NCBI GenBank assembly: GCA_021776235.1
Contig: JAJFGG010000051.1
Location: 25,618-89,617, forward strand
From: Alphaproteobacteria bacterium
GTDB lineage: Bacteria > Pseudomonadota > Alphaproteobacteria > GCA-2731375
Length of the DNA stretch: 64,000 bases
Direction of reading: 5' to 3'
Shown here: one piece after another, positions 19,707 to 28,562 of the stretch
How positions within the stretch are numbered: the stretch's first letter is position 1
Layout: each line of letters begins with the position of its first letter
The notes under the pieces: model-generated
The model's database searches: none
Told to the model about the DNA's origin: nothing
Seen by the model: the letters and a program-made list of their open reading frames with translations, nothing else
Made by a program: the position numbers and the translations under genes

Positions 19707-20816
19707 ATGGCCGAACTTGACGTCGTCATAGAGCATGTGGACAAGACGTTCCCGGGCAATACCCGGGCTGTCATAGACTTCAGTGTCGAGATCGAACATG
19801 GCGAATTCGTCTCCATGCTGGGGCCGTCCGGTTGCGGCAAGACGACGGTGTTGCGCATGGTCGGCGGCCTGGAGGAGGTTACATCCGGACGGATCTTCAT
19901 CTCCGGCAAGGATGTCACGGACCTGCCGCCGTCCCATCGTGACACATCCATGATGTTTCAAAGCTTTGCCCTGTTCCCTCACCGCACAGTTTTCCAGAAC
20001 GTCGGGTTCAGCCTGAAGATGCAGGGCATCGACAAAGGAATCGCCGACCGGCGGGACTGGGCAAAGTTGGAAACCGTCGGCCTGGACCAATAATCCGAAC
20101 GCCGTCCTTCGGATCTGTCCTGCTGTCAGCAACAGCGCGTCGCCCTGGCGCGGGCCTTGATAAGCGAACCAACGGTGTTGTTGCTGGATGAACCCCTTGG
20201 CGCGCTGGATTACAATCTGCGTCAGACCATGATGGTCGAATTGAAGAAAATTCAGCAGGACACTGGCATCACCTTCATCATGGTTACCCATTCCCAGCAG
20301 GAAGCCATGTCCATGGCCGACAAGGTTATTGTCATGAGCGACGCCATGGTGCAGCAGATCGGCTCGTCCCGGGAAATTCACGAAAACCCGCGCAACCGTT
20401 TCGTGGCGGAATTCATCGGCAACAACAATATGTTCAAGGGCATCATCCGCTCGCGCAGCGGTTCCATGGTCTTTATCGAAGCGGGCGAGCAACTTTATTA
20501 TGTCCGGGTACCCGAACATATCCGCCAGGTCCCCGTAGGCCAGGAGGCTCATTTCTCCGTCCGCGCCGATCTGATGCATACGGGCGACAACCCCGAGATG
20601 GCCAACAAGATCATCGGCAGCTACGTGGCGACTGAATTCCTGGGCACGCTGGAGACCGACGTATTCGAAGTGACGCCGGGCCATTTCGTTCATGTGGAGC
20701 AGCATCGCCACCTGTCGGATTCGAGCTATGGGGTCGGCGAACGTGAAACCCTGTGTTTTGCGGCTCATTCAGGTATGCTTTTAGAAGCAACCCGGCGACC
20801 CGAGGATGTCGCCTGA
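19707..20816 (+). pseudogene. ABC transporter ATP-binding protein (PotA/spermidine-putrescine type) interrupted by an in-frame TAA
   Basis: ORFs 19707-20093 and 20157-20816 share one frame, with TAA at 20091-20093. Walker A GPSGCGKTT and Walker B LLLDEPLGALD are intact. The signature reads LSCCQQQRV instead of LSGGQ. Confidence 0.75.
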
Positions 20817-20833
20817 CCAACAGAGGCGAGCCG

Positions 20834-22114
20834 ATGGATAGAACGGCCGATGTCGTCGTGATCGGTGCCGGAATTGCCGGCACAGCCACCGCATACTATC
20901 TGGCCAGGGGCGGCGCACGGGTCATCGTCTGCGAAAAGGGTGAAATTGCCGGCGAACAATCCAGCCGCAATTGGGGCTTCGTCCGCCAACAGGGCCGGGA
21001 TCCGGCGGAAATCCCGTTGATGATGGAAGCCAACAAGATCTGGCGCGGCCTGGAACGAGAATTGAACGCCGATCTGGAATGGATTTCGGCCGGCAACATG
21101 GTGACCTTTGCGACCGAAGAAGAGCGCGCCGGATGGGAAGCCTGGCAAAAGACGGCGGCGCAGTACGGGCTTTCATCGCGCATTCTGGGCCGGGCCGAGA
21201 TGGAAGCGGTGATCCCCGGCAACGCCTTCGACTGCCTGGGCGGCATCTTCACGGAAAATGACGGCCAGGCGGAACCGGCCAAGGTTACGGCCGCCCTGGC
21301 CCGCGCGGCAGAGGGCCGAGGGGCTGAATTCCTTACCCATTGCGCCGTCTACGAGGTGGAGACCACCGCGGGCGCTGTTTCAGGCGTAATAACAGAGCGG
21401 GGCGGCATCCGGGCCCCTGTCGTGGTCTGTGCCGCCGGCGCCTGGTCGGGCCGGATGTTGCGCACCCTGGGCCTAAAGCTGCCGCAGATGTGGTTGAAGG
21501 GTTCAGTGGCCCGCACCACGCCCGGCCCGATCATAAGTCATAGCGCGACCTGGACCGGAGTCGCCTTTCGTCAGCGCCGGGATGGCACCTTCAACATCGC
21601 CACCCGCTCGGCTGATCATGACCTGACCGTGGAAAGTCTGTTGAATTTACCTGCCTTCATGGGCAGTTTCGCCCGCAACAAGCGGGCCATCAAGCTGCGC
21701 CTTAATCACCTGTCCCGCGATCTGCTGGCGGGCAGCTTTTCCAAGGCCGCCCTAGGCCGGGAATTGACCACCCACCGAATTCTGGATCCAACGCCGAATC
21801 ATAAAGTACTGAATCAGACACTGGCCGCCCTGCACCGCCTGTTGCCGGCCACGGCGGAGGTCAGGATCGACCGAAGCTGGGCCGGCTATATCGACATGAC
21901 ACCGGATATGTTGCCCGCCATCGATGCCGTCGGCGAACCGTCCGGTCTGGTCCTGGCCACCGGCTTCTCGGGCCACGGCTTTGGCATGGGGCCGATCGTG
22001 GGCCGTCTGGTATCCGAACTGATCCTGAACGGCGAAGCGTCCCTGGACCTGAGCGCCTTTCGCTTCGGCCGCTTTCACGACGGCACGAAACTGACGCCCC
22101 ACACTGTTGTCTGA
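20834..22114 (+). CDS. FAD-dependent oxidoreductase (DAO family; D-amino-acid/sarcosine/opine oxidase-like)
   Basis: Dinucleotide fold DVVVIGAGIAGTATAYYLARGG and C-terminal ATGFSGHGFGMGP. The ATG at 20834 is preferred over the ORF start at 20753. Confidence 0.8.
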   Translation: MDRTADVVVIGAGIAGTATAYYLARGGARVIVCEKGEIAGEQSSRNWGFVRQQGRDPAEIPLMMEANKIWRGLERELNADLEWISAGNMVTFATEEERAGWEAWQKTAAQYGLSSRILGRAEMEAVIPGNAFDCLGGIFTENDGQAEPAKVTAALARAAEGRGAEFLTHCAVYEVETTAGAVSGVITERGGIRAPVVVCAAGAWSGRMLRTLGLKLPQMWLKGSVARTTPGPIISHSATWTGVAFRQRRDGTFNIATRSADHDLTVESLLNLPAFMGSFARNKRAIKLRLNHLSRDLLAGSFSKAALGRELTTHRILDPTPNHKVLNQTLAALHRLLPATAEVRIDRSWAGYIDMTPDMLPAIDAVGEPSGLVLATGFSGHGFGMGPIVGRLVSELILNGEASLDLSAFRFGRFHDGTKLTPHTVV

Positions 22115-22127
22115 CGGAAGGAAATCG

Positions 22128-22961
22128 ATGAACGGCAAGACAGAGGCCATGGATACCGTCCTGATCACCGGTGCGGCGGGCGGCATCGGCAGGCGGCTGC
22201 GTCAGTTGCTGAAAGGTGTCTATCCGCGATTACTTCTCAGCGACCGGGAAAGGCCCAACGATCTGGGGGCCGACGAGGAATTCATGCCTGCCGAGCTTTC
22301 CGATAGAACGCAGGTCGAAAATCTGCTGCAAGGCGTCGACGGCGTTATCCATCTGGGCGGCCGCGCCATGGAAGATGATTGGGAGGTCATCCATCAGGCC
22401 AATATCGTCGGTTGCCATAATTTGTTCGAGGCGGCGCGGCTGAATGGCACCCGCCGGGTCGTCTTCGCCTCGTCAAACCACGCCATCGGGTTTTATCCGC
22501 GCCACCAGATGATCAACGTCGACCACAAGGTCCGCCCTGACAGCCGTTACGGCGTATCGAAAGCCTTTGGCGAAGCACTTGGCGCGTTTTATGCCGAAAA
22601 ATTCGGATTGGGTGTGCTGGCCATCCGGATCGGCAATGTTGATGACTATCCGGTCGACGAACGGCGCCTTTCGATCTGGATCAGCCCGCGCGATCTGGTG
22701 CAATTGATGCGCATAGGCCTGGAACATCCGGAGCTGCGCTATGAAATTGTCTGGGGCGCGTCCGGGAACGCCCGCGGCTGGTGGGACAATGAGCCGGCCC
22801 ACCGCCTCGGCTATCGCCCCGATGATCGGGCCGAAGAGCATACCGCGCGAGCCCTGGCCGCCCAGGCGGGCCGGCCCGCCGATCCGGTTGGCGACTATTT
22901 CCAGGGCGGCGAATTCTGTAGCATGGAATTCGCCGGCCCAATGCCCGACACAGAGGCATGA
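22128..22961 (+). CDS. NAD-dependent epimerase/dehydratase family protein, uronate-dehydrogenase-like
   Basis: VLITGAAGGIGRRL, FASSNHAIGFYP, YGVSKAFGE, VWGASGNARGWWDN and YFQGGEF closely parallel my recollection of Agrobacterium uronate dehydrogenase. Confidence 0.75.
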   Translation: MNGKTEAMDTVLITGAAGGIGRRLRQLLKGVYPRLLLSDRERPNDLGADEEFMPAELSDRTQVENLLQGVDGVIHLGGRAMEDDWEVIHQANIVGCHNLFEAARLNGTRRVVFASSNHAIGFYPRHQMINVDHKVRPDSRYGVSKAFGEALGAFYAEKFGLGVLAIRIGNVDDYPVDERRLSIWISPRDLVQLMRIGLEHPELRYEIVWGASGNARGWWDNEPAHRLGYRPDDRAEEHTARALAAQAGRPADPVGDYFQGGEFCSMEFAGPMPDTEA

Positions 22962-23049
22962 CCGCAGCGACGATCTAAGCGGTTGATATCTTTTACCTGC
23001 GCAGGCCCGAAGTCGAAGCGGTCGCCGACAACAGCCAGGATTCCCTGCA

Positions 23050-23877
23050 TTATCGTGACCGTCGAAAGAGAATTGTATAGATCCCTAAAAACACCGAAAT
23101 CATTAGCAGCGAAAATATGGTCGAGGCTGTGCCCAGCGCAAACAAGGTGGGGCGGATGCGCTGCGTCATGGAGGCGTTGATGTCCAGGGGCAGGGTGTTT
23201 TCGGCCCCTGACAACAGGGTGGTACGGGCGAATTCGTCGTAGGACAGGGTAAACCCGAACAACCCGGCAGCAACGACACCGGGTGTGATCAAGGGAAAGG
23301 TAACCTCCTTGAACACCGTCCACTCATCGGCACCCATATCGCGGGCCGCCTCCTCCAACCTGGCATCAAAGCGGTTGAAGACCGCCATCATTACCAGATA
23401 GCCAAAGGGCAGGGCCCAGATAACATGCACCGCCAGGCCGGATGAATACCAGGCCGGCGGCAAGCCCAGTTGCCGCAGCAGGATGGCCATCCCCAGGCTG
23501 AGCAATACGCCGGGCACCATCAGGCCGGTCAGGATGGTGTAAAAAAGGACGTTGGAGAATAGAAAGGCCTTGCGGAAGGCCATGGCCAGCATGGTCGAAA
23601 ACAGTGCCGTGATGACCATCACCATCAAGGCCAGAATAATCGACCGGCCCATGGCCCCCTGCATATCGCCGACCGTCGACGGCTCCAGCAGTTTATTCCA
23701 CCAATACAGGCTAAACCCCCGCATGGGGAACGAGGTGCCGCCACGCCGGCCCTGAAAGGACAGCACGAACATGGCGAACATGGGGCCGTAGATAAACAGC
23801 AGAAAGATCACGTAATAGATGGAAAAGCCGGTCTTCACCCGCAACTTGCGCCAACGTTCCGGCGTCCAGCGCGCCAT
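23050..23877 (-). CDS. ABC transporter permease (PotC-like)
   Basis: Six-TM permease with an EAA-type loop (EEAARDMGADEWTVFKEVTFP). The ORF reaches 23913, but those extra codons lie inside the repeat element, so the ATG at 23877 is preferred. Confidence 0.8.
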   Translation of the reverse strand: MARWTPERWRKLRVKTGFSIYYVIFLLFIYGPMFAMFVLSFQGRRGGTSFPMRGFSLYWWNKLLEPSTVGDMQGAMGRSIILALMVMVITALFSTMLAMAFRKAFLFSNVLFYTILTGLMVPGVLLSLGMAILLRQLGLPPAWYSSGLAVHVIWALPFGYLVMMAVFNRFDARLEEAARDMGADEWTVFKEVTFPLITPGVVAAGLFGFTLSYDEFARTTLLSGAENTLPLDINASMTQRIRPTLFALGTASTIFSLLMISVFLGIYTILFRRSR

Positions 23878-23880
23878 GTT

Positions 23881-24154
23881 ACACCAATGATCCCTGATAT
23901 CGACCTGTTTCACCGAGATGATTTTTACCGCCAGGTAGGAGCGCGCCGCGCCGTAGTGTGGCCCACTTCAAGCAGTGCGCGACGCCGCTGGCGGTAAAAA
24001 TCATCCGGCCGAAGGTGGGCCGATCCGGCCCTCGGGCTATGTTGCGGCGTTTGCCCCCAATTCGGCAGACTGCACCACATCGCGCGGCGCGCCGCGCCTC
24101 GCCCGCGAACCGGATCGACCCATGAAACAAGTCTATATCAGGGATCATTGGTGT
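23881..24154. repeat. 274-bp nested-palindromic (MITE/REP-like) element between the two permease genes
   Basis: 33-nt terminal inverted repeats 23881-23913 / 24122-24154 (30/33). Perfect 18-bp stem 23917-23934 / 23988-24005. Second stem 24017-24028 / 24110-24121 (11/12). Confidence 0.7.
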
Positions 24155-25134
24155 TACAGTTCCTTGCGAATATCGACGATGCGCAATATGACGATGATGC
24201 CAATGACCATGGCCAGCATCAGCATCAACGCGTTCACGGCGGCAAACGGATAGTTCGCGATACCATAATAATTGAGGATCACGGTGCCGGCGGTCGAGGT
24301 CTTGCCGCCATAAACCACGACCGCGGTGGCGAATTCGCCCGTTATCATGACGAAAATGAAAATCATCCCAATAGCGACGCCGGGCAGAGACATGGGCCCG
24401 ATGATTTCGCGAAAGATCTGAAATGGCGTGGCGCCCATATCGGTGGCGGCCTCGATAATGTCCTTGTCGATCTTGGCCAGCGAGAAAAATATCGGCCCTA
24501 TGCTCAACACCACATAGATCTGCACCAATGCCATGGTGTAACCGAATTCCGAATAGAACAGAAAACTGACCGGTTTATCCACGATGCCCATGCCCAACAA
24601 AGCCTGATTGATCAGGCCCCGGCGGCCCAACATGGGCAGCCAGGCCACGGCCCGGATTAAATACGAGGTCCAGAAAGGCACCATGCACAACAAGAACAAC
24701 GCCAACTGCCACTTGAAGGCCTGCACCTGCATGGCCAGGAAATAGGCGATGGGGTAACCCACGATGAGGCACAATAGCATGGTCACAAGGGTGAAATAGA
24801 GCGTTGATCCAAGGGTGCGGATAAATACGCTTGGCAGCAGGAAACGGTCCGCTTCGGGATCAAAAAATCCCTTGGTATAAAAATACTCGCCGTAGAATTC
24901 CAGGGAAAAGGCCGGGCTCAAACCCTGGGGCGTATTCTCCCAAAAACTGAAAATGACGATAGAGACCAGCGGGACGACCAGGAACAATACAAGCCAGATG
25001 GTCGCCGGCGTAATCAGCCAGACCGTGGCGAAGCCTTCCTCGGTGTGGCGGATCTTGGCCTGGACGGCGGCTTCATCCGGCTCGGGTTGGCTGCCGATCA
25101 GGCCGGTATGATGCAATTCGCTGACTTTTGACAT
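24154..25134 (-). CDS. ABC transporter permease (PotB-like)
   Basis: Multi-TM permease with loop IEAATDMGATPFQIFREII. The ATG at 25134 is preferred; the ORF begins with TTG at 25140. Confidence 0.8.
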   Translation of the reverse strand: MSKVSELHHTGLIGSQPEPDEAAVQAKIRHTEEGFATVWLITPATIWLVLFLVVPLVSIVIFSFWENTPQGLSPAFSLEFYGEYFYTKGFFDPEADRFLLPSVFIRTLGSTLYFTLVTMLLCLIVGYPIAYFLAMQVQAFKWQLALFLLCMVPFWTSYLIRAVAWLPMLGRRGLINQALLGMGIVDKPVSFLFYSEFGYTMALVQIYVVLSIGPIFFSLAKIDKDIIEAATDMGATPFQIFREIIGPMSLPGVAIGMIFIFVMITGEFATAVVVYGGKTSTAGTVILNYYGIANYPFAAVNALMLMLAMVIGIIVILRIVDIRKEL

Positions 25135-25253
25135 AAACAACCAGGGTCAAATAGCGGCTTGTCGAAATTGGGCCGGCGCGGCATTTACCGCACCGGCCCG
25201 TATATTATCCCACGCCCGTCGCAATTAAGAAACGGCCCGGAAACCAAAGATCA

Positions 25254-26540
25254 TCAGGCGGTCAGGAATTCCGTCCAGCGTTTCACCAGATAATCGTTCT
25301 CGCTCATGATAGAGTTCCATACGGCGATTTTCTTGAAGCGTTGTTCATAGGAACCGCCATCACGCACCACCCCCTTCGCGACGAGTGGCGAGCCGAAGGG
25401 ATCGGGCAGTTCCTTGGCCGCCGGTTTGCCTTCGTACCAGAAATCCCATTCATCCGCCGGCAGATGCTTTTTGGTGTTGGCCGGCGTTGACATGTAATAC
25501 CCCTGGCGGGCGACAAAGGCGCCGGCCCAGCCATCGAGCCACCAGTTCAGGTACTCATAAGCCTGGTCCAGCTTCTTGCCGGTGGCCTTGGCCGATATGG
25601 AGATGGCCCCGTGCCAACCGCGCATGCCTTCCTTGGGTGATGCGTAGATGCAAGGCACGCCCTCGGCATTGACGGCAGTGACCGCCGGCGACCACATGCT
25701 CTGCAAAGCGACCTCGCCACTAACCATCAGATTTACCGATTGGCCGAAGGTCTCCCAGAAGGCCCGAAAATGGCCCTCCTTCTTCTTCTTGGTCAGAAAG
25801 TCCACCAGGAAGTCAATTTCCTTGCGGGTCATATTGCCTTTGTCGCCGAACTTGATCAGTCCCAGGGCCTCCACGCCCATGGCGGCGTCCATGGCACCAA
25901 TCTGGGGCACATTCAGAAGCGCCACCCGGCCCTTGAAATCGGAACTGAACAATTCCGCCCAGCTTTCGATAGGCCGGCCCGTATCATCAGGGTTGTAACC
26001 CAGGGAATCGGCGTTGTGCCAACCAGGCAGGGCGGAAATATACCGCGATGGCCCCTTGGTCCGGGCGCCATTCTCGTCCACCCAAATCTGACGTACCGGC
26101 GCATCGCCCTGGCCGACCTGCGAGCCAGGTGTCAGCATGCCGGTCTTGGTCAGATTGGAGACCTTGTCCCAATCCTTGATGCGTTTTGTATCGATGGGCT
26201 GGAACACCTTCGACGGGATCATGACATCGAACATGTCAAAGTAGCATTCCGAAACTTCATATTGATCGTTCTGGTTAAGGGTTTTTCCGAACAGCGCGCC
26301 GTAGCCAAGGGCCTGACCACGTATGGGAAAACCAACATCCTTGGCCGCTTTGGCCTGGATTTCATTAATGATGCTGACGCCCAGGCCGATCGTCCGAATT
26401 GGATCGGCGGCCTGCACAATATTGGGGAATCCGGTGATCGTTCCCGCTGCCGCGACGCTCGCGGCGGTCCCCATGAATTTCCGGCGGCTGATATTCGACA
26501 GCGCGCCACTTGATTTGTTACTGCCATTTTTCACGGTCAT
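25254..26540 (-). CDS. ABC transporter periplasmic substrate-binding protein (PotD/PotF-type) with Tat-like signal
   Basis: SRRKFMGTAASVAAAGTITGFPNIVQA signal peptide. GGGAGG SD. Position is upstream of the two permease genes. Confidence 0.8.
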   Translation of the reverse strand: MTVKNGSNKSSGALSNISRRKFMGTAASVAAAGTITGFPNIVQAADPIRTIGLGVSIINEIQAKAAKDVGFPIRGQALGYGALFGKTLNQNDQYEVSECYFDMFDVMIPSKVFQPIDTKRIKDWDKVSNLTKTGMLTPGSQVGQGDAPVRQIWVDENGARTKGPSRYISALPGWHNADSLGYNPDDTGRPIESWAELFSSDFKGRVALLNVPQIGAMDAAMGVEALGLIKFGDKGNMTRKEIDFLVDFLTKKKKEGHFRAFWETFGQSVNLMVSGEVALQSMWSPAVTAVNAEGVPCIYASPKEGMRGWHGAISISAKATGKKLDQAYEYLNWWLDGWAGAFVARQGYYMSTPANTKKHLPADEWDFWYEGKPAAKELPDPFGSPLVAKGVVRDGGSYEQRFKKIAVWNSIMSENDYLVKRWTEFLTA

Positions 26541-26733
26541 TTCTAACCTCCCATTTGCCTAACGATTGCGCGGCAATCATCGCACGATCCTTGGCGGTAA
26601 ATCCACGCCTTATCCGTCCCTTGCGCCTGGCATCAATCCGCAGATCAACCACCTAGCGCAAAGCTGGTTTAATGATACATTAGCTTCAGAAACCGCCAAA
26701 CTTAAAGTAACGGAATAGTTCAGGGAGAAGTCT

Positions 26734-28203
26734 GTGACGGTCCTCATAAAAAACGGTCGCATCGTAACGGCGGCGGATGATTATTATGCCGACATATTCA
26801 TCGGCGGAGACACGGTCTCGCTGATTGGCCGCAATCTGGAGATCGATGCGGACCACGTTATCGATGCCACCGGCAAACTGGTGATCCCGGGCGGTGTTGA
26901 TCCGCACACTCATTTGGAAATGCCGTTCGGCGGCACCACTACCTCGGATACTTTCGAAACGGGCACCCGGGCGGCAGCCTATGGCGGCACCACCACAATC
27001 GTCGATTTCGCCATCCAGACCAAGGGCACCTCGACCCTGGAAGCCCTGGATAGCTGGCATGGCAAGGCGGCGGGCCGCACCGCCATCGACTATGGCTTTC
27101 ACATGGTCATTACCGACATGCCCGAGGAGCGTCTGCCGGAAATGCGCCGTCTATCCGAAGAAGGCGTCACCTCGTACAAGTTGTTCATGGCCTATCCCGG
27201 CGTCCTGCTATCGGACGATGGCACCATATTCCGCGCCATGCGCAAGGCGGGCGAGGACGGCACCCTGGTCTGCATGCACGCCGAAAACGGCATCGTCATC
27301 GACGAACTGGTCAAGATTGCCCTTTCAGAGGGCCATATAGAGCCGAAATATCACGCCCTGACCCGCCCGACGCGCCTGGAAGCCGAAGGCGCGCACCGGG
27401 CCCTGGCCATTGCCGAGGTGGCCCAGACGCCGGTCTATCTGGTGCATCTGAGTTGTTTTGACGCCCTGGAACAACTGCGTATGGCCCAGGCCCGCGGCGT
27501 CATGGCCCATGCCGAAACCTGCCCGCAATATCTGCTGCTGGACGTGGATTGCTATGACGAGCCGGGCTTCGACGGCGCCAAATACGTGCTGACGCCGCCC
27601 TTGCGGGAAAAATGGAACCAGGCCGAATTATGGGGCGGGCTGCGCACCTCGGCCCTGGATGTGATCTCGACCGATCACTGCCCCTTCTGCATGCGTGACC
27701 AGAAGGAACTTGGCCGCGACAACTTCAGCCAGATCCCCAATGGCGGGCCCGGCGTGGAAAACCGCATGAGCCTGATTTATCACCGGGGCGTCAACCACGG
27801 CAATATCTCCCTCAACCGCTTCGTCGAATTGACCTCCACCTCGCCGGCCAAGATCTTTGGCCTGTTTCCCAAAAAAGGCACCATCGCCGTAGGCAGCGAC
27901 GCCGACATCGTGATCTTCGATCCAGACCGGGAAGAAACCATATCCCTGCACAACCCGCACACCCATCACATGAACATCGATTACAACGCCTATGAAGGCA
28001 CCAAGGTGCGCGGTTTTACCGAGACCGTGCTGTCGAGGGGCCGGGTCATCATCGACAAGGGCAACTATCTGGGCAAGCCCGGCGACGGCGCCTTCGTCAA
28101 ACGCGGCCCCTACGGCGGTCTACACGCCTCCAGCCGCGCCGCCGCCTCTTCCATCGCACTATCCACCTCAGCCCGCCTGGGCGCACCGGGGGCGCATCGG
28201 TAG
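26734..28203 (+). CDS. dihydropyrimidinase / D-hydantoinase
   Basis: VLIKNGRIVTA...IPGGVDPHTHLEMPF, KLFMAY, VHAENG and STDHCPF are cyclic-amidohydrolase metal-site motifs. GTG start with AGGGAG SD. Confidence 0.9.
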   Translation: MTVLIKNGRIVTAADDYYADIFIGGDTVSLIGRNLEIDADHVIDATGKLVIPGGVDPHTHLEMPFGGTTTSDTFETGTRAAAYGGTTTIVDFAIQTKGTSTLEALDSWHGKAAGRTAIDYGFHMVITDMPEERLPEMRRLSEEGVTSYKLFMAYPGVLLSDDGTIFRAMRKAGEDGTLVCMHAENGIVIDELVKIALSEGHIEPKYHALTRPTRLEAEGAHRALAIAEVAQTPVYLVHLSCFDALEQLRMAQARGVMAHAETCPQYLLLDVDCYDEPGFDGAKYVLTPPLREKWNQAELWGGLRTSALDVISTDHCPFCMRDQKELGRDNFSQIPNGGPGVENRMSLIYHRGVNHGNISLNRFVELTSTSPAKIFGLFPKKGTIAVGSDADIVIFDPDREETISLHNPHTHHMNIDYNAYEGTKVRGFTETVLSRGRVIIDKGNYLGKPGDGAFVKRGPYGGLHASSRAAASSIALSTSARLGAPGAHR

Positions 28204-28282
28204 CCAATACCAGCAGAGCAGAAACTATAGATATATCGAATTTTCGACATTGAAAAATGTAGAAAATATCTATATATTTATC
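28204..28282 (+). promoter_or_regulatory. AT-rich promoter/operator region of the toxin-antitoxin pair
   Basis: TTGAAA (28250-28255), 17-nt spacer, TATATT (28273-28278). Inverted 9-mers TATAGATAT (28226-28234) / ATATCTATA (28266-28274). Palindrome TCGAA-TT-TTCGA (28236-28247). No SD before the ATG at 28283. Confidence 0.35.
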
Positions 28283-28558
28283 ATGGTAGCGATACTTAGA
28301 AAGCCCGCAACCCGCACCCTTCGCAAGATGGGCCTAACAGATCGCAAGCGGATTTTGGAAGCTATCGAAAGCCTGGAGCAAAACCCCAGCCAAAAGGGCG
28401 CGGACAAGATAGAAGGCATGAAAAACCTGTATCGCTACCGGATCGGCGGACGCCGCATTATCTTCAAGCGGGACGGAAACGACGTAGATATTCTGGGCAT
28501 CGCGACTCGCGGCCAAGCTTACGATGTCCGTCGCCTGCAACAGTTGGATAAGGACTGA
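28283..28558 (+). CDS. type II toxin, RelE/ParE superfamily
   Basis: 91 aa. ...RKRILEAIESLEQNP...LYRYRIGGRRIIFKRDGNDVDILGIATRGQAY is typical of RelE/ParE-family toxins. Lies in a low-GC islet. Confidence 0.75.
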   Translation: MVAILRKPATRTLRKMGLTDRKRILEAIESLEQNPSQKGADKIEGMKNLYRYRIGGRRIIFKRDGNDVDILGIATRGQAYDVRRLQQLDKD

Positions 28559-28562
28559 GACA

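Noticed and set aside
19680-20768. 362-aa minus-strand ORF, together with similar antisense ORFs at 14759-15814, 42909-44024, 61073-62140, 62553-63479 and 9948-10826
   Set aside because: Each lies opposite a gene with strong family motifs and has the biased composition of a GC-driven open frame. None has a plausible SD or start context.
23878-23913. N-terminal extension MKQVDIRDHWCN of the PotC-like permease, and the mirror ORF 23975-24253 containing MKQVYIRDHWC
   Set aside because: Both arise from translating the two terminal inverted repeats of element E3. The ATG at 23877 gives a normal permease N-terminus.
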